A DNA stretch of 64,000 nt from Antedon mediterranea (taxonomy: Eukaryota; Animalia; Echinodermata): positions 4,893,812 through 4,957,811 of the forward strand of contig NC_092675.1 in NCBI RefSeq assembly GCF_964355755.1, written 5' to 3'. Below are positions 48,124 to 61,200 of this stretch, piece after piece (the stretch's first letter is position 1; each line of letters starts with the position of its first letter). A program made the translations under genes and the position numbers. The notes beneath the pieces were generated by a model that was not told the origin of the DNA, did no database searches, and was given only the letters and a program-made list of their open reading frames with translations.

Positions 48124-50482
48124 ATGTCACCAATTAAGTACGTTTGTGCAACAATTTACGTATTTGCAATCGTAACAACAAGTCATGAATCACTATTTCA
48201 AAACCAAGAAAGGCTAGCAAACGAAGGAACATTACTTAATAGACAAAAACGAATGGGTGGTGGCAGTTTGATCAAACGATGTTGGTAAGTGTTCCTTTTT
48301 TCATACCGTAAAGAGATTTTTCAAAAATGTTCAAAGGATCCATACGTACACGTAACAAAGATAAATTAGGAATTCATGCAGTGTTTGGCATATAACATCT
48401 ATACACATTTTAGGCCAACTGAATATTTTGAAGTATTATGATGAACTTTAACTATATTAAAATAGCTAAAATTTCTAAAATGAATTTCTGAAAAATTAAA
48501 AGAATCGCCGATATAATGAAAAATGTTATTTTAAAATTAACATTTCAATGTTGGTACTTTACACTAGCTATAACATAATAGTAGTAAAATAAAATAAAAA
48601 TAAAAATAACGTGAAACTTTACCTAAGAGAGACTGTTGTATGTACCTACTCTTGTAACCATTTTTACTATAATTTGTTTTTCAAAGTAAACCTATTTTAG
48701 AGGGATTTCTTCATAATTTTTTCAAAGTTTTACATTAAAATTTACCATAATATTTTTTTATGACAATCGATTCCAATAATTATTATTTCAGGGAGGATGT
48801 AAATCTACAAAATGGTGACCTAACAAGGCAAGACAAATGTATTAAATATACACAGTGTAAGAGTTCATATGAAGTGATTTGTTTATTATACATTTGATTG
48901 TAATATGACACCATGTAAGTCTGCAGTACTGGTACAATTCAATTCATTAATTTATTTTTCAGATGGGTATACATGCTACACTTTTCTACCATCATCAGAA
49001 AATTATGAAAACTATGAAAATGAATGCAATGGCATTGCCGATCAAGGATATGAGCCCGCAAAAATCAACAGCGTCCTCATACTTGACGCCGTCGCTAAAA
49101 TGATACAATACGAAAGAGATGCAGATGAGTATTGGTTGCAGGTCGACCCCACTTTACAGGATGTACCAGATTTTACCGAAGGCTGCTCTGAGTATAACAT
49201 GGACTTTAATGTCATGGACGACGAAAGTACCGTTATAATGATTAAATCAATGGAGTATGAAATAAATAAAAAAAGGCGTAGTCAAGGGAGTCGCGGCTTT
49301 GTATGTCAAAAGTATAGTAAGTGTAGTAATACCAAACTGTCTTCACAGTGAAATCTGTAAAATCATGGATTACAATACTTTTACAGTAACTTACATCAAA
49401 TCAAATTATGTTCACGTACCACGATAGTACCTCATTGGATATTCCATACTATTCAAATGAAATTTAAAAACATACTACAATAAAATGTGATTGTATGATA
49501 AAGCAGTTCTAATTACGTAAATATGCGTCTAGGTTTATATATTTATTTCATTTTGATATAGGGCCGACAACTGAAACGCCTTTTAAACCAACAACTAACA
49601 CACCAATTCGAGAAACTAGTATAGATCGTGACGTAACTGATGATGAACGAGTGACGTCTAAAGCTACTTTGCAGGAGGAGCAAAAAGGTCAAAGCTCATC
49701 TAAAATGTCGGATGCCGTTATTCCAATTTCGATTGCTCTAGGGGTAGCTATCGTCTGCATTGTCATCTTGGTTGTTTTTATATTGTATAGAAGACGGTCA
49801 TCTCAAGAAGGTGTCGCCACTGAATCAGATCAACCAAAGGAACAAAACAATCTAGGTAAACTTTCTTTCTAAATGTCTCTATTGGTACTATCTGAGTTTC
49901 CATTATCTGATACGAAATAATAATAATATAATAATAACAGGCCAATGTTAATACTTTTCACCAATATCACCCATTTTCCACAGATTCATAAAACTCCAAT
50001 AACACATCAATAATTGCCAGTTGCATGCTTTATAGTAGAAAAAATAATAGGCCAATGTTGATACTTTTCACCAATATCACTCATTTTCTACAGATTCACA
50101 AAACTCCAAAAAGAATGAGCCACGCTACACTGAAACAATAAATGGCGGCGATACAAAAGAACCAGACCTTTATTCAAAGTACAGAACTTCTTTACCAGGA
50201 GACTACGCTTATCTCAGTAAAACTGCAACACAAGATCCAGATTCAATTACCGTAGATAATGAGGTTTATTCTGGTGGGCAATACGAATACCCAACACTCC
50301 CAGTACTTGATACTACCAATGCTAAGCCAACTATTGAAGATGATTTAAATGATTCCTCCTACGATAAGCTTGGTCCTTCCTATTATGTTTTAAATCCGAC
50401 AGACGAGAAGAAAGATGATTATATTGAAATAGCTGAAGATCAGGAGTATTCATATCCGTATACTGACGTTGTTCCCAAGTAA
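48124..50482 (+). CDS. Receptor R3: paralog of R2 with ITIM- and ITAM-like tail (~420 aa)
   Basis: Exons 48124-48284 (signal peptide, RQKR, ...LIKRCW), 48792-48856, 48963-49316 (TCYTF...EC...PAKINS.LILD...YWLQV...ESTV...EYEINKKRRS...GFVCQK), 49562-49855 (T-rich stalk, TM VIPISIALGVAIVCIVILVVFILY-RRR) and 50094-50482 (YAYL, YPTL, SSYDKL, YYVL-x9-YIEI, YSYPYTDV). Phases 2/1/1/1. Confidence 0.82.
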
Positions 50483-51672
50483 CATCATTTGATTTATAAC
50501 AAATGAATGCCATCGTTCCTAATGATAACATCTTGAAGTATTATTCTGATTATTTTGAACAATTCAGTAATGGGATTAGGATTGAAAATTCGAGAGATTG
50601 TAAGGAAGCTGATCATTGATTGAATATAACTGAATCTAATCCTCTGGATAATATCTGTCAACTAATTAAAAGGCATTCATTAAAGTCGATAGGACTCACA
50701 TATTATTCATAGTAATGCTCACTGTTATTATAGGTACTCTAGTGTCCCCTACAATGGGCGCCCTCTCTTTGCTTTGTAGAGGAAGTATATCGAGAAAAAA
50801 TGTTTTCCCGTCCTCTGTTGAAACCGAGACTGGCAGTAAACATTATATTTTATTATTTAAAATTACTAACACAATAGATTTTCTTTTCACTTAAGAATGA
50901 ATATATCTGCTTTCTTTGCTAATGTGCTTTACTACTAATGAATTTGTATCCCGTTTTCTAGAAAGGAAGAAGCGTCAACATAATATACAAATTGAAAGAA
51001 TTATTGTTCACTAAAAGCTGTTTTAGTTTTTGTCCGGTACTGGTCTCAAATTTGATAAAAATGTCATCTTTTATCCTGTACCGGTAACATTGTATATTGA
51101 TTCCTATAGTATGCGCACAAGGCTTTTCCATTTAATAGTGTATTTTATTATGTTGATTTTTGATTTGTTATATTATTGTAACTTTTAGTTTATACTTTTT
51201 TAATATCCTCTGGTGCGTTAGTTATATTTATTTTTGTACATTATTTGCAATATATTCCTAGAGTTTTACAATAAAGAATAAATAAAAAATAAATAAATAA
51301 ATAAAATAAATACCCATAGTAGCAGTTTCATAGTCGACAAGTTTTTAATTTGTAATATACTTTAAACTAATAAAACATATAATATGAATGATATGGAAAA
51401 AGTGTATATTTACATATTATCGAAATCAAACCACGTGATACATAAAATATCCCATATGGTATCAAACGATAATACATTTATGCGTTTTAGTCAAAAAGTT
51501 AGTTGTTATAGGCATAATAAATATTCATTTCCATATCTTTTTAAGGTTTATGTGTCCATTAAACGCCTAGGCTATCAATGCTGAATTAAACGAATGATTA
51601 GATGCCTATGTTTGATTTAGAACTTTAAAATTCGGATACTTATGCCACGACATTTCTTCTTGTCGATGCATG

Positions 51673-51767
51673 TGTTTTACATACGAAACATGACTGTTTT
51701 ACATACGAAACATGACTGTTTTACATACGAAACATGACTGTTTTACATACGAAAGATGACTGTTTTA
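51673..51767. repeat. 22-bp tandem repeat, ~4 copies
   Basis: Unit tgttttacatacgaaacatgac. Confidence 0.9.
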
Positions 51768-52484
51768 CTGGACATAAATAAAAGAAACGTTGAAAGTTCA
51801 AAATCTTTTATTGCAATCAATTAATTGTAATTGAATATTACAATTACATTATTACATAGGATTAGATTAAAACATTAAGGTAAACAAGTTACACAATTAC
51901 AATTAGATATAACATAATACATAGAAATAAATATTATGATAAAAAAGTTACTTGAAATATTATATAAAATGTATACATTGTTGGCCAATGGAACGGGAGA
52001 AGTGAACACCAAAATAAATTGTTCTAGCATTGGTGGAAAACTCCAAAGTTGGTGATGAATGTTTTTGCTCTTTCAATCTTACTTTTAATAAACTGCCTTG
52101 AGGTTCTCAGGTTGTACCAATTGACAAGAGCAGGGGTTTGGAGGTAGTTTAAACGGTGTTTATTTTTTTTCAAAATAGTGTACTTTTTACAGAAATGTAA
52201 TATAGTCAATCTTTAATTACGCGAACTCCAAGAGACATGGCAATCCAGGGAGGATGCATTTCATAGTTCTTTTGTTAATGTGTTTAATTATTTGTTGTTA
52301 CTTAATAGTGCCTGTAAACAAGATAATTTCAGGTAATAACAGTACAACAACTTCAATTGTACTTTATTATTCAAACTTACATTTATTAAGCAAAAGTTTA
52401 GATTACAAATTTACAGAATTATTTTTGCCAAATAACTACACTATTTTTAATTACATTATATTTATAATAATTAACTTAGTACAT

Positions 52485-53453
52485 TTATTTAACTATATCT
52501 CTATCTAGATCGACAGTTGAAACTGGATTGCAAACTTGAAATTTTAGCAACAGTTTACGAAAATGTTTATTAAATTGTTTATTTGTAGTGATGTAGATAA
52601 ACGGATTTGCACAAGAGTTGACAAAACCCAAGAGAACTAGGACATTTTCTAAATTCGATTTAGCGTAACGTTCAAATAGTCCAATTGCATGTATAAAGAA
52701 ACACATTTGTTCGGTACTCCAACACATAATGAATGTAACTGTCACAACAAACACAGTTTTCATTATATCTCTCTTTGCCTGGTGGAGTGTAATTGCAGGG
52801 CTATTTATGGAGCTAGTCTTTCTTCTGAATATATTTACTTGTCGCTTTAAAGAACGTATTATTGTATAATTTGCAGAAATCATAACAACAACAGGAATTG
52901 TGTACTTTGTTAGAAAGTTAAAAATACCAATAAAGGTTCGCCAATATTTTCCTGGCCATCTAACTGTACACGTACAGTTATCGAGTACATTTATCCATAT
53001 GTTAAACGTGTTGAAAATGGCGGCTGAAAACCAAACGATAATAACTAAAATCCAGCATCTTGATCGGGAGAAGGTTTGCTTGTGCTTTGCAGGGTGCAAC
53101 ACGGCACTGTACCGATCTAACGTGAGGATCATCAGTAATAGCGAAGAAGCACATATTGATGTCCATAATAAGTAACCGCTAGAAACAAATCGGCAAAAAT
53201 AGATATTATTTACATCATTATACAGCATATGCAGTGGTAGCATGTTTGCAGATGAGATCAAATCAGCAAAGGCTAAACTTACAATAAAAAATGATGTGGA
53301 CGATTTGTTCATGTTTTTATTTTTGTAAATATGAATCACAAGAAGGTTTCCAACAATACCAATTATGGCTAAGATACACTCAGTCACTGTAAACCACGTG
53401 GCGTTGGAGGGTGTTTCTCTTGAATCACATGGCATAGGCGACGTGGAACTCAT
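52485..53453 (-). CDS. Intronless class A GPCR (galanin/allatostatin-receptor-like orphan), 322 aa
   Basis: ATG at 53453 follows an acceptor. GN (TM1), SLAFAD (TM2), C3.25, DRY, TM4 Trp, ECL2 Cys, YTIP (TM5), CWST (TM6), NSCANPFIY (TM7) and helix 8 are present. Confidence 0.92.
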   Translation of the reverse strand: MSSTSPMPCDSRETPSNATWFTVTECILAIIGIVGNLLVIHIYKNKNMNKSSTSFFIVSLAFADLISSANMLPLHMLYNDVNNIYFCRFVSSGYLLWTSICASSLLLMILTLDRYSAVLHPAKHKQTFSRSRCWILVIIVWFSAAIFNTFNIWINVLDNCTCTVRWPGKYWRTFIGIFNFLTKYTIPVVVMISANYTIIRSLKRQVNIFRRKTSSINSPAITLHQAKRDIMKTVFVVTVTFIMCWSTEQMCFFIHAIGLFERYAKSNLENVLVLLGFVNSCANPFIYITTNKQFNKHFRKLLLKFQVCNPVSTVDLDRDIVK

Positions 53454-56400
53454 CTTGTACACTGGAAAATTAAACCAAGATATAATTTACTTTGCTGCTA
53501 TGAAGGTACTATTAGGCCTACAGATAATGTATACGTTAACATTCATTGTGAAGTTATCAATGAAGAGTTGAATCCACAACCGTTAAAATAGAACGGAAAA
53601 ATAGAACATAGGATTTAAAAAAAATAGATAATAGAAAATCGACTGATAGAACGGTTTTCAATGGGATTGTTATAAAAAAAATACTCTCAGTCCTCGATTA
53701 CATAATATAATACTGGTTCAATCTAAAAAATGAATTGCTATCAGACTATATAATGAAACTGTAATTGGAAATGATTTTAACTACATGCTACTTATACAAC
53801 AAATTTAAAATTAGATAGGCCTACTAGAAAATCCTCAGGTAATCAGATCATCAGATTGCCTTAAAAAAATGAAAAATAACTTACCTACTCTCAAGTTCAC
53901 AGTTACGTGGATATATAGCTAATGAAATCAAAATCCTCTCATACGTTTAAAAGCCTACTAATACATAATATTATTATTATTTTATGATAGTCTATAATAT
54001 TTTACTACTATTTTGTAGTAGTTTTGAAATATGTTTTATGCCATATATCAAGATACGGTACTTTATATTTTTTTATTGGTAAAAACATTTTTTGAACTAA
54101 AGACTGACAATAAACATCTTTTTTTCATAACATCGTTTTTAAGATAATGTTTCACACCATATTTGTTTACTGTTTAAAACATAAAAAAACATGATTATTT
54201 TAAAGGATACGGTAGCCCCGGATTAAAATCGCTTATAAACCTTTGCAACAGCTACTACACTCAGTGCTTAGTATTTAGAGTTACAAAATAAGCAAGGAAT
54301 TATAATCTTTCAAGGAGTTTTGCATCATAATAACACCAAAAGTGTGTAATATAAATGTAATCGCTGCCAACATATAGAGTAGACTTACGTTTTATGCTTG
54401 TTAAATTATACTGTATATCAGCAAGACTTTAAACTCTAAACCACCCAGTGATAATGCTGTAATACAAATAAAATGTGTCGGTACCGGTATAAAAAAAAGT
54501 GAACGACAGCCAAGTTGCATACAATTTTAAGTTTGGTAGTCATCTTTGATTGTCATGTCTTTGATCAGCAAGAGACGAGACAGTGATCATTCCTCTTAAG
54601 CCCAATGAAGAATGGGTGGCAAATGGCCAGGTCCGCTAAAGGCCGAATGGCAACCGGCCAGGAGGAGGCAACGAGAGAAAATTATACATTAACACGGGGC
54701 CTACAATTGGCCTTTTTTTCTTTCTCATCCAAACGTTTCCGGTTTGCGATTCTGTTTCTGCTTTACTTGGTACATTGTAGGCCTACTTTTTACATGTTGT
54801 ACTTTTTATATTAAATTCAAATTAATGCATGTACTATTATATGTTTACTGTTGCCAGCTTATATTAATATTCACCCAGTTGTTTCAAGCTCCATTTATGG
54901 AAAACTGTATTTACAAGGCATTTTATTCATTCTCACATTATTAATACAGTTATATGGCCGTATTAAGAAAACAGCTTTGGGATGTCCCCTTAATCATTGA
55001 CATATTTCCCCTCGTTAGTTTTACAGCAAAAAGTCCCTTGATAGGAGTGTCCAAGCGAGGGGTTCCAATTAAAGCGTAAATGTATCAGCGTTGACTAACA
55101 TGGTATTTGTTTTGAAACATTTAGAAAACGAAACATAAGCTTAATCGAAATAAAATTAAATTAAACTTTTAGGTTCCGTAAATACACAACGTTTCATATT
55201 CCCTGTCTTCCTCTCTTGATGACCTTGATTATTTCAATTTATTTTTTATGACAAATCAAACTTTTTGATATCGAAAATAAAATTTTGATTGAGGTACCAC
55301 ATTTAGGGGTCAGTTTCTATTTTATTCAAGGTCTTTATGTATTTTTAGTGATAGTATTCAGTTCTGGAAAACCCTCCTTTGTCTCATAATCAACCAAGAA
55401 GGTACACATTATAATATTAAAAAGTTAGGTAAACTTTCTTTCCTTACACATGGATTACATTTTAAGATAAGTTAATTCCTTACTGTCACGTAATGCATTA
55501 TCCTGCGCATTAAATTTGCAATAAATGTGAATAACAATTTAATTCATCACTTTGACTAATTATAGGTGATATTTGTGATTTTACTGGCATTTAATTTAAA
55601 AAGACATAAAAACGCAACATGTACGGTATGTCAAATAATGCATGAGGTCGAACAAAAACGTTGACTCCATACTTATCAAGCATAATGTTGAATTGTCTAT
55701 TGTGTTTGAGAATAATTTATATACAGGCATGAAATTACATGACCCACATTATATTCTTTTTTTATGGTATGATGACGTCATCAAAATCAAACTGAAGATG
55801 ACAATTTCGAAAGATAATTGTCAGAACAAAAACTATTAAAATTTGAAGGAATATGGTAAACGTATTTTCTTAACTTATTTATTAATTTCGTTTTCTTTAG
55901 TAGGGTGGCCCTCTCAGTAAAAAAAAATAAACTAAACGTAAACTAAAACTGAAGAATGTTCTTATACAATGTTACTCAATTTGATTTTTTTGTAATGGTC
56001 TCATCTAATAACCGCATGCCAGTACGGTAACTCATGAATAGGCCTATACATACGTGAAACGGTTAATTATTGGTTTATTTATATATTAATAATAAAGGAC
56101 ACGAATAAGGAAAAGAAACACCAGACGGTGGCGAGATGGAATCAGCTTGGGGAGGCCTTCGCCCTGTGTTGATACAACAAGAAACACAAAGTATCTTGCA
56201 ACTTCAAATTATATGTATTTATTATATTAATATGTATGGGTGCTGAATTACGAATATTAATTGTTTAATGTATCAGCTTCAATTTTAGGCAGACCGTTTG
56301 TCACCGTTAGTAGGCCTACAGTAAATATATTACGTAATGTCAATATTATGTCTGTGTCAATTAGTTTAGATTGGCGTCAATAAGAATATTTCAATTTACT

Positions 56401-57232
56401 TTTTAATTTAAGTATAAAAACGACTAAACCTAAATATAATTATTTTGTACAAATTATACTTTCATGTTCAACGCCAAATACTGATCTTTTTGTACAGGTC
56501 AGTTTACCAAGAAACGACTTGTGGTGAAGGTCTATTTCAATCCTGCCGTCAGTCAGTCAATATTGTAGGGCTAACATCCACGCAAGATCTAATTAAGTAT
56601 GGCGAGTCCGAAGGGCACAAACTACTAGCATTGAGTCATTTTGCACTGTAGGAAGACGCAAATTATGACGTCAAAAACTGCAGTCGTCCAAAAGATGTTC
56701 AAATCGTCATAAACTACTGATGTTTCATTTTGTACGTTGAAATGTCCTGAAATGGTTCATGCGAAAGCAACAGAGCAAATTATCAAATAAGGTAAGAATG
56801 TGTTATATTTTCAAATAAAAAATATATCATTTAGATATGAGTTTCAATAGTTAAGAAGATGTATATAATTATTGACAACTTTAAGTACGGTTTTATTTTG
56901 AAAAAAAGAAAATTGTATCATACTTCATACATACAATTCTGACGAATAATGATGAATTGTGTTGTTGTTTAACCGCCCTACTTTGGTAATGGACACAGTT
57001 TTCTTGGTCGTGAATTCATGCAACCATTCGATGCTTTCAAACTAAGTATATGAATCAAGGAGGCAGGCCAACTTGATCTTGTTTGAATAATACAAAATGG
57101 ATGATCTAATGCTATCAAGCAAGGGCTACAGTAGTTCCAATTTTGGTTGTTATTAGGCCTACTTCTTTTTCTCACACATTGTTTCTTATCGTTACGTTTT
57201 CACAGTACTAATTTGATACCATTTTACCAGCT

Positions 57233-57350
57233 TTTTAGTTGCATGCAACGCCACTCTACAGCTCACTATGTCGGTCGGTTAGTTGGTTGGTCGGTCGGTC
57301 GGTAAATATTAACTTAAGCACGCGACTGCAGCCATGTATATGACCTTGTT
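57233..57350 (+). mobile_element. Mini-HINE (DINE-1-like), same family as 35090
   Basis: ttttagttgcatgcaacgccactctacagctcactatgtcggtcgg...cacgcgactgcagccatgtatatgaccttgtt. Confidence 0.7.
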
Positions 57351-58202
57351 CAGTTACGAACTATTCATTTTAATATTATGATATAATAATATATACGTGA
57401 TATAATTAATAATATTAATATAATATAATATTTGTTAAACGGGAGAAAGTATTTCTATAAAAATAAAGCTTCCTATTTATTTAATTCGTGAAATAATTTA
57501 GTATTATAAAACAAAAAATCAATCAAACTATAAAAGTTATTGTATTTTATATATTCTAATTGAATCTTTCAAAAATATCCTTGAAAATAACACTGGAGAT
57601 AAATTGGTTCTGTATGTTTTAAAACCAAATTGACTTGAGCGTGCACAGATAAGAGGAAATAAGATCTAATTATTTTCTGCAGAATTAAGTAGAAGGAAGG
57701 AGATTTGTGGCCCAGAAGTTCAATAATTTGAAACATCCTTTTCCTTCGCAGAATTAGCCCTGACATGAAAAAGAAACGATGAACCATAAATTATTAATTA
57801 TCGAGTATTAGGGGCCTTTTAACGTGCATCAATTCCAGGGTTATCGTATTTAAGAAAGAAAGTATCTATAAATGGGTATAGTTTCTGCCAGCACGAATAT
57901 GAAAGAATTCTAACTTAAAATGTCAATATCAGTCACTATAATTATCTCACTTTCACTTAGGCGAAACATAAAAAAAAAACAACAAAAACGTGACCGATTA
58001 ATAATTATTGATAATAATTAAATCAGTGAAACTCTTATTCGCTCGGTGATGTGGCCAAAAAATACCCAATATAAGCGATTGAAGATGACGGGAATAAATC
58101 GGCGAGATTCAAATTCGGTTCTTCGGCTTTATTAATATAAACCAGTAACAAAAATATTAACATGACGTATAATATAATTGACGATTTACTTTTGTTTTTC
58201 AG

Positions 58203-61200
58203 ATGTATTGGCATAGAATAGTTTTGGTTGTTATTTTCGGCTTATTAATTAAGCGAGTATCATCGTTGGGAGGTCAGGCTGTTAAGTGCACTCCAATTTA
58301 CTCAACTAAACCAAATGCAACGTGTTGGTCAGTATAAGCATTGCTAAACACTCTCAATATGGAATGTCTTTATGCTATGTATACAATAATTTTCGAAAAT
58401 AATCTCATAATAAAGTTTACTATTTAATAATATTCTTAATACATACTGTAATGTAAAATTCTTCTAAAATTAGTATCTAAGGGGTTTCTACGCTTCAGCT
58501 GCATATGCTTACGATATTAACTGATTGTAATGATTAATAATTAAATGATTGTATTCTAATGTTACGTGGTCATTATAAAACGTTCCTTCCTTTCATGTAC
58601 TGTTATTTTATTTTTTCAACTACCACCCAAGGTCTATCTATCTATTTCTAAACAATATTGCATATGACAAGTATTTAGGGACGGAAACATTAATTATTTG
58701 TTTAAACGAGGCCACTGAGGCCTTATTTTTACTTACACAATTAATGTCAGTTATTGTTTTGTCTTTAATAAATGAAAAACATTTTATATTTTTAGGAGGG
58801 AATTTTCAAATTCACCAATGGATGAATGTAGTAAGTATTTTTGTTATTGTTACATATTATAAATAATTCGTGGTGTTATGCAGAGTTATTTGTTTAAAGT
58901 TCTAAATCCTAAACTTCAATCATTTAATATTTAATCTAAACAAATTATGCAATTGTAAAATTTCCATTTCTTTCTCCTTTACTAAACGAGGTATTTGTGC
59001 TATATAATAGGCCTACATGTTAATATCGTAAGCACAATCATTGTTGATGATGTCAATTAAAATTAAATGTATGAGTTGTGATTTAGTATTTTTTTAGATA
59101 TTTATTTTTATTCTACAGGTCACAAATTCTGCTATGATTTGAATGAAGGTACAAACAAATGTTCATCACCATGGAAAAAACCTACAATTCACAGAGAACA
59201 CGAACTAGAACGTATAGCAACTTTGGCCAGAAGCGAATTCGTTACTCAGGCGTCGTGTACAATGAGGCTTAAAGTTAACAAAAACACAAAATCTGGCTTG
59301 CTTTTCTTTAAAAATGATGAAAACTGCCTTGGATTGGAAATGCTAACTTTATCTCAAGACTCGTGCGCTGTGGTTTACTTAAATCGCGCGTTGAGGGGTT
59401 ACTGTATCTGGTATCATAACGAGTGTCCCAAAGTTGCAACAGACGTTACCGTATGCAAAAGAGAAAAATATGTTGGTACAGGTAGGTTATTTTTTTTTAA
59501 ATTTTAAAAACAAGGGCCGGGAAAACAATAAAAGGTATGTGGAGCCATCATACTTTTTACAATCTATTTTGTGTTTTTTATTCTTCAAGAAATACCAACA
59601 AACTCTCCGAGAAAAGCTACAACAGAAGAGCCAATGGATACATCACCAATCAGCATTGAGATTATCATTATCGTAGCAGTTTCTGCTAATTTTCTTATAA
59701 TGATAGTTGTTGCTTTTCTTGTCTCGTTCCTATTGAAACGAGTAAGTTTGAAACAAATATTCTTCTATTTTAATCTATATATATTTGTAATAGAATTCGA
59801 CTGTTTCATGCAATACATTAATTAGATTTCATAAAACAGCTAATATCTAATTTTATATAATTGTAGTATTGTATTTTGTATCAAATTTATACTATATATG
59901 TACCCGGTACATTATATAAATTCACTCAAATTTGTATAAAAAAATAAGATTGTTTTTATAATTTGTGAAAACATTGCCAGTAGGTTTATTATGATACTTT
60001 AAAAGACAAAACCAAATCGAAAACAAATGGTTACAATATACATTTATTAGCATTACTAAACTACATTAATATTTTATTTTTAGTCTAGGATGACAAATGG
60101 TCATAATTCGCTGTCTCGAAACCCATCAAGTGAGTATTTATACATATTCAATTCAGCAGTATTTTAGTATATGACATTATCAAGTTTTAAATTGGAAATA
60201 CAAATAAAACATAGGTTTTCAATGGTTTGTTGAAGATACTAATACAGTTATACATTATTATAAATTATCTGTAGAAGTTTTTGGATGAAAAACTGACATC
60301 AACTTTTTTTGCTGTGACTTACTTTAACATGTCAATGTTTATCAATAACATGATATTACAAGCGGTGAATTATCAATTGCTGAATCTTCATTGTTGAATG
60401 TATTTTTAAAATGCATAATCTTTAATTAATATTATCGTTTTTTAATTCTTATTATTATTCTTATTTATATTATTATTCATAATTTCAGACCGTCCTCTTC
60501 CTAGAGTTCCTAATGAGAAAATTAATCATAGATTTTCAAAAGCTGATAGTGCTGAATTTGATAAATGGAAAGATGAAAGCCACTATATGTACTTAAGTCA
60601 TGAGTCTTTAGACATTCCTCGATACCATAGTATAACCAAGAGTGATATCAGAAAGACATCCGATTATTCTTACCCAGACATGGAGAAAGTTAAACAATCT
60701 TTAGAGGCTACGTCTTCTAAATCAAACTACATGCCTCTCATGAAAGATGGAGGTGAACGAGTCGCAAATGAAGGTAAAGAATTTTCAAAAAATGGAAAAA
60801 ATAGCGAGGTTTCTGTCAAACTACCATGTGTTTCCATAGAGAACGATGGTCAGTCTGGTGACGATGTTGATAACGAAAAAGTGACTCATCACCGAAGTTC
60901 AATAGCATGTTCCGACATAGATGGAGAATACAGTGAGTTAAAACCGGATTATTATGTTCTCGAAGAAAACGATGTGACACATACAGTTACTGCTGAATCT
61001 AAACATGTGGACTGTCCCTCTATTGAAAATAACAAGGATAAACTATCTGATCGTATTGTTGAAAAGTGTGAAGAAAAAACTATTTGTGATCGTACTGTTG
61101 ACAGTTATGAACTGAAATCACTTGACAATCATATCGTTAAAACTTCTGAGCATAAACCCACGAACTATCGTTCTGTTGACACTGATGAAGTTGAACCACA

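Noticed and set aside
56498-56791. Exon-like segment (acag|...aag|gtaaga) upstream of R4, and ORF 56445-56651
   Set aside because: It contains stops and has no signal-peptide or domain features. At most it is a 5' UTR exon of R4, which cannot be supported without transcripts.
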